The position numbers and the translations under genes are program-made. From Rummeliibacillus sp. (GTDB lineage Bacteria > Bacillota > Bacilli > Bacillales_A > Planococcaceae): a stretch of DNA of 64,000 nt. How positions within the stretch are numbered: position 1 is the first letter of the stretch; every line of letters begins with the position of its first letter. Positions 29,728-39,696 of this stretch are shown here, piece after piece. A model generated the notes under the pieces. That model was not told the DNA's origin and ran no database searches. It saw only the letters and a program-made list of their open reading frames with translations. The stretch is from NCBI GenBank assembly GCA_035554455.1, contig DATMJF010000573.1:1417-65416 (forward strand). The letters are read 5' to 3'.

Positions 29728-30032
29728 AATAATATCCTCCTTCCCTTCGTACATTAATTTGGAAATATTATGATTAATAATAAAAACGTGTAATGAGTAC
29801 TATAAAATGTTTAAATTGATCTATTTACCAAATTACCTATGTCAAATATATCATAAAAAAAGGCGATTTGGATATTTTATTATAAAATTATTAAAAAGTA
29901 AGTTTAATCACTGATTTTTACAAATAAAAGATTATTTTTAGGTATTAATAATTGTGGGCGTGAGATTAAAAAGGTGGATGTGGGGAATTGAAAAAAGCTT
30001 ATTTCTTTGCCATGGATGTTCTCCTATAATAC

Positions 30033-30066
30033 AAAAAAGCACATCGTATGAAAATGGATGTGCTTT
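30033..30066 (-). terminator. Terminator of the PadR-DUF1700-DUF4097 operon
   Basis: AAGCACATC / GATGTGCTT stem with a T6 tail on the minus strand. Confidence 0.75.
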
Positions 30067-30152
30067 ATGATCTTAGCTGCTCCAATAGCATCCAATATTT
30101 TCTTCTGTTCAGATGGTGAATTTCAATCTACAAACAAGGCCGGTCTAGCCAT

Positions 30153-30956
30153 TTACTTCGTTATTGTAATCCGTCCATTATTCGTAGTTAACCGGATTAA
30201 ATTTTGTCCCTTGCCAATAACAGCGGAGTTCCTGTATTTATCAAGGACATTGACAGTACCATTGTCTACATGAACATCAAATGTTACATTTGTCGGTTCT
30301 GTTTCTGTTTGAACGGTAATACTTCCATTGTCGCAATCTAATTGAATGGGACGATCTAAACTTTTTGTTTTTAAAGTGATTTTCCCATTGTTTGTTTCCC
30401 CAGAAAGTTTTCCTTCTACATTATTTAGAACAATCATGCCATTATCTGAGTTCACACTCGTCTCAGTCGATTTTATATTTTCTAAAGTAATACGGCCGTT
30501 AGCTGTCTTAGTATAAACATCATTTGCTTGTAGATCTGCTATCTTTATTACTCCGTTATCGCACTCTACTTTTATCGATTTGTATGACTTTTCTGGAACA
30601 TATACTTTTAATGATAGTGGTATTGCCAGAACGTTCAGATTAAAGAATTTAAACTGACGATCCTTTAATGTAACCGAAAGTGTTTCGCCGTTAACTGTAG
30701 CTGATAGTTTTTGTTTAGAGGAAGATGATTTCTTGCCTTTTAGTTCTATTTTAGTGGTATTGCCTTTTGTAGGGATTATTTCTACACTTGCATTCTCAAT
30801 ATTAACATCTAATGCCGTAATATCTGGATTAGTAATTTCCTTTGTTTTTGCAACTGAAACCACTTCATTGCTAGAGCGAAAAGTTAGAAGGCCACCAACT
30901 ACACCAATTAATAGAAGAACGAGCGCAATAATTGAGATTTTTAAAATCTTACTCAT
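30153..30956 (-). CDS. DUF4097 beta-strand-repeat protein (membrane-anchored putative adhesin fold)
   Basis: N-terminal TM plus repeated NG.I.L/V segments. Third gene of the PadR-DUF1700-DUF4097 module. Confidence 0.8.
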   Translation of the reverse strand: MSKILKISIIALVLLLIGVVGGLLTFRSSNEVVSVAKTKEITNPDITALDVNIENASVEIIPTKGNTTKIELKGKKSSSSKQKLSATVNGETLSVTLKDRQFKFFNLNVLAIPLSLKVYVPEKSYKSIKVECDNGVIKIADLQANDVYTKTANGRITLENIKSTETSVNSDNGMIVLNNVEGKLSGETNNGKITLKTKSLDRPIQLDCDNGSITVQTETEPTNVTFDVHVDNGTVNVLDKYRNSAVIGKGQNLIRLTTNNGRITITK

Positions 30957-31513
30957 GCTTTTAAACCACCTTTCACAAGAGATACATTAAATTTCAAATA
31001 CTTTACAAATCCATTAGTAAGCCATTTTGTGACAAAAAACATGCCTAATATAATAAATAGTCCAAGTCCGCAAAGCCCAATTGATGCAAATAAGTCAAAA
31101 AGTTCAAAAGTCCCAATGACAGTATTCACTAAGACAAGTAAAGGTGAGGCGATAAAGGATACCCCTACTACCCAACCAGCAAAAACCATGCCTAATACCC
31201 CTATAAATGGGCCAAGGACTATGACTAAATTAAAAAATCCCAATCCAATCACAGCCCACACCGCACGGAAAATATTCCCCGTTGTAGCGGTTGTTTCAAC
31301 TTTTTCAAGATTATACGTTGCAAGTAACTCCTTGGCAATTTGATGGGGTGTGCCTAGAGATGCAGCAATTTGTTCTTCTGTTTTTCCTTCTTCTAATCCA
31401 ATTGCAAAATGTTCTTCATAATCCTCTAAAATATCTTGGCGTTCAACTGATGATATTCCCTCTAAAGCTGAATTTAAATTTTTTAGAAATTGTTCTTTAG
31501 TCAAAATTCTCAC
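30953..31513 (-). CDS. DUF1700 (HAAS) membrane protein
   Basis: N-terminal helical domain ([13 protein letters not shown]...[10 protein letters not shown]) plus C-terminal TM helices. Overlaps both neighbours. Confidence 0.75.
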   Translation of the reverse strand: MRILTKEQFLKNLNSALEGISSVERQDILEDYEEHFAIGLEEGKTEEQIAASLGTPHQIAKELLATYNLEKVETTATTGNIFRAVWAVIGLGFFNLVIVLGPFIGVLGMVFAGWVVGVSFIASPLLVLVNTVIGTFELFDLFASIGLCGLGLFIILGMFFVTKWLTNGFVKYLKFNVSLVKGGLKA

Positions 31514-31820
31514 CTTCTTTTATTAATTGATTAACACCTTTTGCGAATTTCTTCCAATCATTGATGAGCTCATGAAGATATTCTCTTCCTTTGGCCGTTA
31601 ATCTGTAGTACTTCCTAGAAGGGCCCTCTGATGATTCTTGTAAGTAGGTTGTAAAGTATTCTTCCTTCGTTAATCGTCTTAAAAGAGGATAAACGGACCC
31701 CTCCGAAATCTCAATTTGGTCAGAAATTTTTTGTACTAGTTCATATCCATAACGATCTTGCTTATCTAATAGCACGAGTACACAAAGCTCTAATACACCT
31801 TTTTTAAATTGTACATTCAC
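31497..31820 (-). CDS. PadR-family transcriptional regulator
   Basis: [23 protein letters not shown]...[10 protein letters not shown]...RKYYRLT signature. Confidence 0.9.
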   Translation of the reverse strand: MNVQFKKGVLELCVLVLLDKQDRYGYELVQKISDQIEISEGSVYPLLRRLTKEEYFTTYLQESSEGPSRKYYRLTAKGREYLHELINDWKKFAKGVNQLIKEGENFD

Positions 31821-32032
31821 AATTCAATCACCTCATTCCTTTATTTCGCTACTGTTCATTGTATAGTACAGTGCTTTAAATACTACTTGTTGGCTATAAT
31901 ATAACATCCAGTATTATACATTGCAAGGTACTAAAACCTAATTTTCCTTATTTTATTTTGAGACTCATTTTGAATTGTAGAACTAAGCAAAATCATTAGT
32001 AATTGAGTCTCCACAATTAAAAAACAGATAAT

Positions 32033-32075
32033 AAAAAAGCATATCAATGTATGAATGATATGCTTTTGATTTTAT
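32033..32075. terminator. Bidirectional terminator downstream of the YfiH-family gene
   Basis: AAGCATATCA / TGATATGCTT stem between A- and T-runs. Confidence 0.75.
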
Positions 32076-32085
32076 TTCCATGTAG

Positions 32086-32850
32086 TTAGTTGCCCATTTT
32101 CATAATAAAACTTAAATGTCTGCCTGCTTTTTTATCTTGGCGATAAGAAAATCCTTCTGGGTTTAAAAACGTGCAAGTAGGATCTATCATAATGTGGTCA
32201 GAAGGTACTCCGGCTAGTTCAAATTGTTTTTTAACAGTTTGTTGATTATCGATATGATACTTATGTGTTTGATCATTGTAATACATAAAGTCATCTGCGT
32301 AACCAAGGTTTTTGAACTTTTCGTAAACATCTTCATCGACTTCAAATTTCTTTTGGCTTAGAGCTGTACCAATATGGATATGAAAATCACTTGGATTGCA
32401 TTGTTCTACTTGTTTTAGATGCTCAAAGGTTTTCAAAGAAATTTCTTTGACCGTCCCTTGCCATCCAGAATGAATCACGCCAATCAGTCCATTCACTTCA
32501 TTATAAAAAGTTACTGGCACACAGTCGGCAGTAAAAGAGCATAAAAATAGATTTGGCTCATAAGTGTACAAGGCATCGGTATTCGGTATAGCAGTATCCT
32601 TGCTTTCAGCACCACTACCTTTATCAGCAAGGGTTACCTTATGAACATTTGCACTATGAGTTTGATTGGCGCAAACAAAATGATCTAGCTCACAATTCAG
32701 ATAGTCGGCTAATTTCTTACGATTTACTAATACATCATCAGGGTTCACACAAGCGTGAAGCGCCATATTGCCTTGTTCAGGTTCGCCTTCATCCCTTAGA
32801 GTGATCCCTGCGATCAGCTTTTCATTGTTTAAGTAAATGTTTGTTTTCAT
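32086..32850 (-). CDS. YfiH(PgeF)/YlmD-family protein (DUF152, Cu-oxidase_4)
   Basis: QTHSANV, DALYT, ADCVPV and HSGWQGT motifs. Confidence 0.85.
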   Translation of the reverse strand: MKTNIYLNNEKLIAGITLRDEGEPEQGNMALHACVNPDDVLVNRKKLADYLNCELDHFVCANQTHSANVHKVTLADKGSGAESKDTAIPNTDALYTYEPNLFLCSFTADCVPVTFYNEVNGLIGVIHSGWQGTVKEISLKTFEHLKQVEQCNPSDFHIHIGTALSQKKFEVDEDVYEKFKNLGYADDFMYYNDQTHKYHIDNQQTVKKQFELAGVPSDHIMIDPTCTFLNPEGFSYRQDKKAGRHLSFIMKMGN

Positions 32851-32952
32851 GTCATCACCTGCTTTTAATATATCTTAATGGACAGAGGATGTATAGGCAT
32901 TCGGAATTTCGACAAAAAAGCCCATATGGCAGTGTGCCATATGGGCTTTTGG

Positions 32953-34350
32953 TTATTTGTTTAATAAGCTGTGTTTTTTGCCATAAATGAAGTAAATGAT
33001 TAAGCCTATAATCATCCAAATTCCACAGAAAATAATTGTGTGTAGAGATAATTGAGTCATTAAGAAAATACATAGAGCAAATGAGATGATTGGGATGACT
33101 GGGAAGAATGGAACTTTAAATCCACCAGTTGGAATATCCTTTTTCTTACGTAAAAGGATTATGCCAATTGATACAACAGTAAAGGCTAATAAAGTACCCA
33201 TATTGACAAGCTCAGTTAGCTTGTCTAAAGGAACAAAGCCTGCACAGAAAGCGATTAAGATTGCTGTAATCCAAGTGTTTTTTACAGGCGTTTGATGTTT
33301 TGGATTCACTTCTGACATCACTTTTGGAAGTAAACCATCTCGACTAAATGCATAAATAAGACGAGTACTACCGTATAGCATAACAAGAATTACTGTTATC
33401 ATCCCAATGACTGCACCTAGAGAGATGATACCTGACACCCAATCTTGATGTACGAGTTGCATCGCATAGCTTACGGGGTTGCTGACATTTAAGTCTGTGT
33501 AAGGGACCATTCCTGTTAAAACAAGTGAAACAGTAACATACAAAACCGTACAGATGAGTAGTGAACCGATTATCCCGATAGGCATATTGCGTTGTGGATT
33601 TTTCACTTCTTCAGCAGCTGATGATACGGCATCAAAGCCAAGATAGGCAAAGAATACAAGAGCAGCACCGGATAGAATACCACTTGTACCAAATGGCATG
33701 AAAGGTTTCCAGTTTGCAGGTTCTACATAAAATACACCGACAATGATGAATAGAAGAATAACCGCTACTTTTAAGCCAACCATGATTGTGTTAAGTTTTG
33801 TTGATTCTTTCACACCCATAGTCAATAGGAATGCGATTACTAGAATGATTAATATTGCGGGTAAATTTACATACGTCCCATTTGCGGGATCAAATGCACC
33901 TGATAATGCTTGTGGTATATGAATATTGAAACCAGCTAATAACGAGTTTAGATAGGCTGACCAGCCTGTTGCTACGGCAGCAACTGCTAATCCATATTCT
34001 AATATTAATGACCAACCGACAATCCAAGCGATCACTTCCCCAAACACGACATAGCTATATGTGTAAGCACTACCTGTTACGGGAATTGATGAAGAAAATT
34101 CAGAGTAGCACATGGCAGCAAATGCACAAACAATAGCAGCAATGATAAAGGAGAAAATAATCCCTGGACCTGCGTGTTCAGCTGCAACAGTTCCTGGTAA
34201 GATGAATATTCCTGTACCAACAATAGCACCAACACCCAGTAGCATTAAATCAAATGCGCCAAGAGTTTTATTTAGTTGAACTTTTCCGTGTTGATGTAAA
34301 AGCTCATCAACGGACTTTTTTCGGAAAATAGTATTTTTCATTGGATACAC
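32953..34350 (-). CDS. APC-family amino acid permease
   Basis: 465 aa, 12-13 TM, GAIVGTGIFILPG signature. The start may be ATG 34341. Confidence 0.9.
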   Translation of the reverse strand: MYPMKNTIFRKKSVDELLHQHGKVQLNKTLGAFDLMLLGVGAIVGTGIFILPGTVAAEHAGPGIIFSFIIAAIVCAFAAMCYSEFSSSIPVTGSAYTYSYVVFGEVIAWIVGWSLILEYGLAVAAVATGWSAYLNSLLAGFNIHIPQALSGAFDPANGTYVNLPAILIILVIAFLLTMGVKESTKLNTIMVGLKVAVILLFIIVGVFYVEPANWKPFMPFGTSGILSGAALVFFAYLGFDAVSSAAEEVKNPQRNMPIGIIGSLLICTVLYVTVSLVLTGMVPYTDLNVSNPVSYAMQLVHQDWVSGIISLGAVIGMITVILVMLYGSTRLIYAFSRDGLLPKVMSEVNPKHQTPVKNTWITAILIAFCAGFVPLDKLTELVNMGTLLAFTVVSIGIILLRKKKDIPTGGFKVPFFPVIPIISFALCIFLMTQLSLHTIIFCGIWMIIGLIIYFIYGKKHSLLNK

Positions 34351-34375
34351 TCAATTCTATTTAAATTATATAAAA

Positions 34376-34404
34376 ATTCTAAACATTTATATAATCAATG
34401 TCAA
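34376..34404 (-). promoter_or_regulatory. SigA-type promoter of the APC permease gene
   Basis: Minus strand: TTGACA (34404-34399), 17 nt, TAGAAT (34381-34376). Confidence 0.6.
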
Positions 34405-34411
34405 ACAAAAA

Positions 34412-34439
34412 TGTCGAATTTGCGAGATTTTTGTCGAAT
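34412..34439. promoter_or_regulatory. Direct repeat TGTCGAAT x2 (20-bp period) just upstream of the permease -35
   Basis: TGTCGAAT at 34412-34419 and 34432-34439. Confidence 0.35.
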
Positions 34440-34728
34440 AAGAGGAACTATTCGCAATATTATAGCGCTTTATTACGTTGAAGCGTTAAAAATCGAAAAG
34501 CTTTAATTGACCAATTTTAAGACAATTAATAGATTTAGTCTGGCTAAATCAAGCAATACGATACAAGTTCTCCAAAAATAAAAAGTATATCAGATATTGC
34601 AGATATATATTCCCATCAAAATAGCAATTAAAGGTATAATGAGATAAAAATAGAAAAATATATAATTTAAGTTAAAATTATTACATAAATCACTTGTTAA
34701 CCATTATAAGAAGAAAGGATTTTTTTAG

Positions 34729-35682
34729 ATGTGGATCTTAGCTGTATTACTTCTAATAGGGCTCTTCGTAGTATGCCTTAAGTTAAACTCGAAGCGATTA
34801 AAACTACAGCAACAAATGAATCATTTAAGTCCCATGATACAAGTTGTAGAGAATGCAAAAGATATTCTTTATTACTGTGACACAAAGCCAAATTTAAAAT
34901 ATCGTTATTTAAGCCCTGTAATAGATAATATACTTGGACCTAACTCTTTAAAGGAACATTTGAAATATCCAGATAAAGCCTTTGATATTGTCCATCCAGA
35001 AGATTATGAGACTTTATTAAAGAAAAAAACAGGAGATCTTGATTATAGTAAACCAATCATTCTTAGACTGAAAAGGGATGACGGCGAATACATATGGTTT
35101 GAGGAATATGCAACACCCGTTTATGAGAATGGTGAAGTAGTCGCAGTTCAGGGGATTTATAGAAATATAAATGAAAAAGTTGAACTACAGACGAAGTTGG
35201 AGTATAAAGTTTCCCATGATGCATTAACAAATATTTATAACCGTGAATACTTTGAATCGAAGTTTGAATATTATGACAGAGAAAGCGACGTTTCAGTTGC
35301 AATTGTTATATGTGATTTAGATGAGCTTAAATCTATAAATGATCACTTTGGACATAAAATGGGAGACGCACTAATAAAAGAAGCAGCTAATTTACTATAC
35401 AAAATCTCTAGTGAGAAGGAAATTGTTGCAAGAATAGGGGGAGATGAATTTGCAATTATATTAATTGATACAGATCCATGGCAGATTGAAGAATTTTTGG
35501 CTAATGTACAAAATGAAATTAATTTTTTCAATAGCAGTACTCCGACATTTTATATAAAAATGTCGAAGGGTTATGCGTATAGTGCTTCATCACTTTCAAA
35601 CATGAAGGAACTATTCATTCAAGCGGATAATCAAATGTATGAAGAGAAGAAAAGTAAAAAGAAAAATCAAATGCTAGTTTGA
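34729..35682 (+). CDS. Diguanylate cyclase (TM, PAS, GGDEF)
   Basis: RIGGDEFAIIL active-site motif, preceded by a PAS-like region and an N-terminal TM. Confidence 0.85.
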   Translation: MWILAVLLLIGLFVVCLKLNSKRLKLQQQMNHLSPMIQVVENAKDILYYCDTKPNLKYRYLSPVIDNILGPNSLKEHLKYPDKAFDIVHPEDYETLLKKKTGDLDYSKPIILRLKRDDGEYIWFEEYATPVYENGEVVAVQGIYRNINEKVELQTKLEYKVSHDALTNIYNREYFESKFEYYDRESDVSVAIVICDLDELKSINDHFGHKMGDALIKEAANLLYKISSEKEIVARIGGDEFAIILIDTDPWQIEEFLANVQNEINFFNSSTPTFYIKMSKGYAYSASSLSNMKELFIQADNQMYEEKKSKKKNQMLV

Positions 35683-36215
35683 TTTGAAACAATATGTATA
35701 TCGTAGTATTTTAGGGAACTGATTAAGTCGGCTCCATATTGTCTAACTTTATTGGGTCAGATCAAAGTTATCTGTAACTGTAATGTGTTTACTTTTTGGT
35801 AAGATGAAGGTTTCTACTTAAACTGACCACGCAACTTCGTTTAAGTAGAAAACGTGGATAGGAGAATTAAAGGCATCTTTGAATGTATTACTAAAGGCTG
35901 CTATTATTCATATCAAAAAGGTAATTTGTAAGGTTAATAATTGTGGGATTTTTATGACATGTTAATAATCTGGCGGTGTAACTTAAAAGAGTACAATACT
36001 CAAATTGCGTGGTCTAAAAATTTTTTTAGAAGTGATTGAGTCAGATACCATAATTGTATTGTTCTTTATGCTTTACATAACATCGTTTTCCCTGAGCTTC
36101 TCATTTAACTATTTTTTATTAGTATTCATTGTTGCAGTAAGCCTTTTAATAATTCTACAAAGTTAGTAAGAGTCTTCATCTATATTTCTTATAATACTCA
36201 ATTGTTAACCATCTA

Positions 36216-37556
36216 TCAGAAAAGCCAAGTAACCCAGTAATATAAAACAACTAATGTAAATAACACAGCAGGTGGTATCACAACAATTGTAACTTTAATG
36301 TATTTCCACCAAGTAATTTTTATATTTCCACGTCTTACGATGTGCATCCACATTAGTGTAGCTAGTGTACCCATTGGGAGTAAAAGTGAGCCGACGTCAC
36401 TCCCAATAACATTAGCCAAATAGGCGACCTTTAAGGAAAGTGGATCTAGATTCATATTCGTTAATGTCAACGTTCCGACCATAAGAGCTGGGTGATTATT
36501 AAATATGTTTGAGAGTATAGAAAGTAGTATCCCCATTAACACGCTCGTATGAAGTAGGCTCCCAGAAACCATTGGGCGCATAAACTGGATCAGCCACTCC
36601 GTTAGACCAATGTTGTTAAGACCGTATATGATGATATACATACTAAACGCAAAAATGATGATATACCATGGGGTTTTTTTCAACATGTCACTTGGAGGTA
36701 CTTTTAGGTAAATCCATCGCCATCCTAAAAGAACAAGTGAACCCAAAACAGCCATAAGGGAAACAGGAATGGAAACAAAAGAAGCGGCAAAAAGGCTAAG
36801 ACGCACGGCGAAGACGAATAGTAGGATGTTGCGCATAAATTTTGTACGGTCACTCCCTGAAGCATATAAAGAACTTTGCTTTAGAGGATGGTAATTTGGA
36901 AGTGATAATCCTGTGATCTTTGTTGGAACTTCTTTAGGTAAATCCTTCTTAAATCTTAAGAATAGAAGCACAACTAACAGGATCAAACCAAGTGTGGCGG
37001 GAACGAACATCATTGCCGTATGTGAATATAAACTCATATTCACAATTTTTAGTGCAATCAAATTTACAATGTTACTCACACCAATAGGGGCACTTGAAGC
37101 AGTTGCTATTAACCCCCCAGACAACAGATATGGAATTTTTTGATGGTTTTTTAAGCCCATATTGTTTAATAGCATAACCAGAATAGGTGTTGTGATTAAA
37201 ATACTACCGTCGTTATTAAAAAAGAGCGTCATAAGAAAGCATAAAAGATTCACATACCAGAATAGGCGGATACCTGATCCCCTAGCTTTTTCTGCCAATT
37301 TTTCTGCGACCCAGTTAAAGAAGCCGAAGCTCTCTAAGACTATTGCCATAACGATTGTTGCCATAATGGTAACGGCTGCGCCACTTATGGTTTCTGTAAT
37401 GATCCCAAGTTCAGTAAGCGAGACACTTCCGCTTAGTAATACAATAATAGCGCCAACCGTAGCAGGTATAGCTTCATTAATACCTTTAGGTCTCCAAAGA
37501 ATAAATACAAGAGTAACCAAAAAAGTAATAATGGTTACCCAAGCCATTGGTTGCAT
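36216..37556 (-). CDS. ArsB/NhaD-superfamily permease
   Basis: 446 aa polytopic. The N-terminus (ILWRPKGINEAIPATVGAIIVLLSG) parallels ArsB. SD GGAAGGAGG. Confidence 0.8.
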   Translation of the reverse strand: MQPMAWVTIITFLVTLVFILWRPKGINEAIPATVGAIIVLLSGSVSLTELGIITETISGAAVTIMATIVMAIVLESFGFFNWVAEKLAEKARGSGIRLFWYVNLLCFLMTLFFNNDGSILITTPILVMLLNNMGLKNHQKIPYLLSGGLIATASSAPIGVSNIVNLIALKIVNMSLYSHTAMMFVPATLGLILLVVLLFLRFKKDLPKEVPTKITGLSLPNYHPLKQSSLYASGSDRTKFMRNILLFVFAVRLSLFAASFVSIPVSLMAVLGSLVLLGWRWIYLKVPPSDMLKKTPWYIIIFAFSMYIIIYGLNNIGLTEWLIQFMRPMVSGSLLHTSVLMGILLSILSNIFNNHPALMVGTLTLTNMNLDPLSLKVAYLANVIGSDVGSLLLPMGTLATLMWMHIVRRGNIKITWWKYIKVTIVVIPPAVLFTLVVLYYWVTWLF

Positions 37557-37770
37557 ATATTCTGACCTCCTTCCTGGCTTGATTTTTAATATTAATCATG
37601 TATTGTTACGGTCAATTTGTACGTATCACCTCTTCCAGATGCTCTAATCTTCCTTACGATATTTATATGTAGTAGAATAAGGCCCGTTTTGGCTTAGTAC
37701 CCATATTTCCAAAATTTCATTTGTTTGTATTGGGAAATGTAAGAGTAAATGTCTAACGGCAGATCGTCGC

Positions 37771-37815
37771 AAAAAAAGAGTTGTCCAAATGTAGCCTTTG
37801 GACAACTTCTTTCTA
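37771..37815. terminator. Orphan terminator-like hairpin
   Basis: GAGTTGTCCAAA / TTTGGACAACTT stem with A7 upstream and TTCTTTCT downstream. No intact gene ends next to it. Confidence 0.5.
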
Positions 37816-37958
37816 TTACAAAAAATAAAATAAACTCGTAAATCTTTAAATTCTTATGCCTCTTCAGTAATATTGAAGTACAAAACACGATTATTTATAA
37901 AATGTGATAAAATTACCATGCAAAATAAAAGCTTGATATAGAAAGGAATCATCCATCT

Positions 37959-38396
37959 ATGCTTTCAATGAATAGTTAGCCTAAAGAATATATTGACGAA
38001 TGTCGCACAAAAGTTAACCAACAACTTGCATCTTACAAAAATCTAGTTGCAACAAAAAAACAAGCTGAAGCAAATAAAGAACAATTAAATTCAGCATTCG
38101 AATCCTTTGAGCCGGAATTCTTTCATCATATGGTATTAGCATTAGATCATTACTTCTGCCATAGGAGTAGAACGTTGGAAAAAAAAGACGGCAATCCATT
38201 AAATGAAGTACGAATGCTGTGTAATTCAATTATGGAACACGATAATAAGCTAACAGCTGAAAAATCAATCAAATATAAATCAGAAAAATCAATTTTGAAA
38301 TATGAAATTGGCGATGAAATTAAATTAAACGCAGAGGATTTTGAACAATTGTCCAAGGCTTTTTTTGATGAAATGGAAAGCAAGTTTTTAGAATAA
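37959..38396 (+). pseudogene. Conserved hypothetical gene with in-frame TAG at codon 7
   Basis: ATG 37959 after GAAAGGAA gives MLSMNS, then TAG 37977-37979. The same frame then continues PKEYIDECRTKVNQQLASYKNL...DGNPLNEVRMLCNSI... to 38396. The track only shows the part from Met 38130. Confidence 0.5.
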
Positions 38397-38411
38397 ACGA
38401 ATTGGTAATAA

Positions 38412-38516
38412 ATTTATATAAAAATTGCTAAGCAAAAGAAAGGTACCACTTTTACTGTGTTTGCAAAGAACAAGGTTGGAAACAAGAGTAAATCTAGTAT
38501 TATCAAAGTTAAATAG
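38412..38516 (+). pseudogene. Possible 3' remnant of an Ig-like-domain surface protein gene
   Basis: 34-codon open stretch without start or SD: ...KIAKQKKGTTFTVFAKNKVGNKSKSSIIKVK, resembling C-termini of Ig-like repeat proteins. Confidence 0.25.
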
Positions 38517-38554
38517 TAAATCCTATTGCTTATATGATATGTTGTTCCACAAAT

Positions 38555-38600
38555 AAGGGGTTGCTTAAAAGTGTAGAAAATCACTTTTAAGCAACCCCTT
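38555..38600 (-). terminator. 19-bp perfect hairpin downstream of the 38663-38950 ORF
   Basis: AAGGGGTTGCTTAAAAGTG / CACTTTTAAGCAACCCCTT. Confidence 0.6.
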
Positions 38601-38662
38601 CATACTATTCAGGATACCAAAAAAGACTTTTGGTTTTCGCGATTTTCGCCTCATGAAAGGAG

Positions 38663-38950
38663 TTATCCAAAAGTAACATTTGGATAACTCCCCGTGTTAT
38701 TCATTACAGGCTTTTCATTGACCAATGATGGTGCCGACATTGGGAATGGCCTATCCAAATATTGATCTGAAATACTGGCTAGTTGGTTATAAGAGATTCC
38801 TGCTCTATAGCCTCTGTTGGCCTTTTCTTTAACGGCTTTCTTAGCTGAGGCCTTTTTTGTCTCAGCATTTGCTTTTGCCTTTTTCTCAGTATCAAACTTA
38901 ATGGCTTGTTCCTTGGCAGCATCTTCTGCAATTTTTCTCTCCTGTTCCAT
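38663..38950 (-). CDS. Hypothetical Lys/Ala-rich 95-aa ORF (possibly a fragment)
   Basis: ORF without a recognisable SD. A strong hairpin lies downstream. Confidence 0.3.
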   Translation of the reverse strand: MEQERKIAEDAAKEQAIKFDTEKKAKANAETKKASAKKAVKEKANRGYRAGISYNQLASISDQYLDRPFPMSAPSLVNEKPVMNNTGSYPNVTFG

Positions 38951-39202
38951 TTTATTTTAAATAATTGCTTGTACTCAAAAATTTCTCTCTACTTTATTTA
39001 GGGTAAAAATAAATGTTATCTATAGATACCCTGTACCAAATTTTTATGCTAAAGAACATTAAAATATGAAAGGGTATTATAGGACGAATATTCGCCATTC
39101 AGCTTTTCAAAACAATTTTAAGATATTAGTTTACATCTTCCAAACAATTTAATATAATACCTATAAGATAACTAGGTAATGAAAAGCAAAGGAGCGATTG
39201 AG

Positions 39203-39574
39203 ATGAATACAAATACTTTTTTTAGATCAACCATGGCGAATAATTTTGCAACAAGAAAGTTTTTCAAACGTGTAGCAAATGATATTGAAAGCCAGTTACA
39301 AGAGTGGCATGTAGATTATAAAGTTACAGTTGAGACTTGGAGAACATATGCATTATGTGTGAAAAATAGCGAGAAAACGTATCAAGTTGCTCTATCTAAA
39401 AACCTTGTAGATATTCTTCAACATGAAACTCCTTATGCATTAGACGTAGCACTTTGGAAAGGGCTAGTCAACCAAGGATTAGAGTTACAAGATGCAAATA
39501 GTAATTACTTAGAGATTGCTCTAAACTTTGATCAATACGAACATCAAAAATTTGTATTAAAAAACGTAAAATAA
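39203..39574 (+). CDS. Hypothetical protein
   Basis: ATG 39203 lies 8 nt after AAAGGAG. 123 aa. Terminator follows. Confidence 0.5.
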   Translation: MNTNTFFRSTMANNFATRKFFKRVANDIESQLQEWHVDYKVTVETWRTYALCVKNSEKTYQVALSKNLVDILQHETPYALDVALWKGLVNQGLELQDANSNYLEIALNFDQYEHQKFVLKNVK

Positions 39575-39624
39575 TATCCACTTTTTCAGAATTCAATTAA
39601 TGAATCATTATTATAATGGAATGT

Positions 39625-39660
39625 AAAACCATCTAACTCGTCTGAGCTAGATGGTTTTTA
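39625..39660. terminator. Bidirectional terminator between convergent genes
   Basis: AAAACCATCTA / TAGATGGTTTT. Confidence 0.8.
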
Positions 39661-39696
39661 ATTTAAAGCGGAACGTACGCGTAAAACTGGTATCTC

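Noticed and set aside
29946-29960. 14-mer TTAATAATTGTGGG shared with 35934-35948
   Set aside because: The flanks do not align, and a single shared AT-rich 14-mer is within chance expectation for 64 kb.
37162-37647. 161-aa plus-strand track ORF
   Set aside because: It lies entirely antisense to the well-supported ArsB/NhaD permease gene, has no SD, and its composition mirrors the opposite-strand membrane protein.
38097-38105. TTCGAATCC, resembling a tRNA T-arm
   Set aside because: No acceptor stem, D-arm or anticodon arm can be drawn around it, and it lies in the coding frame of the amber-interrupted gene.
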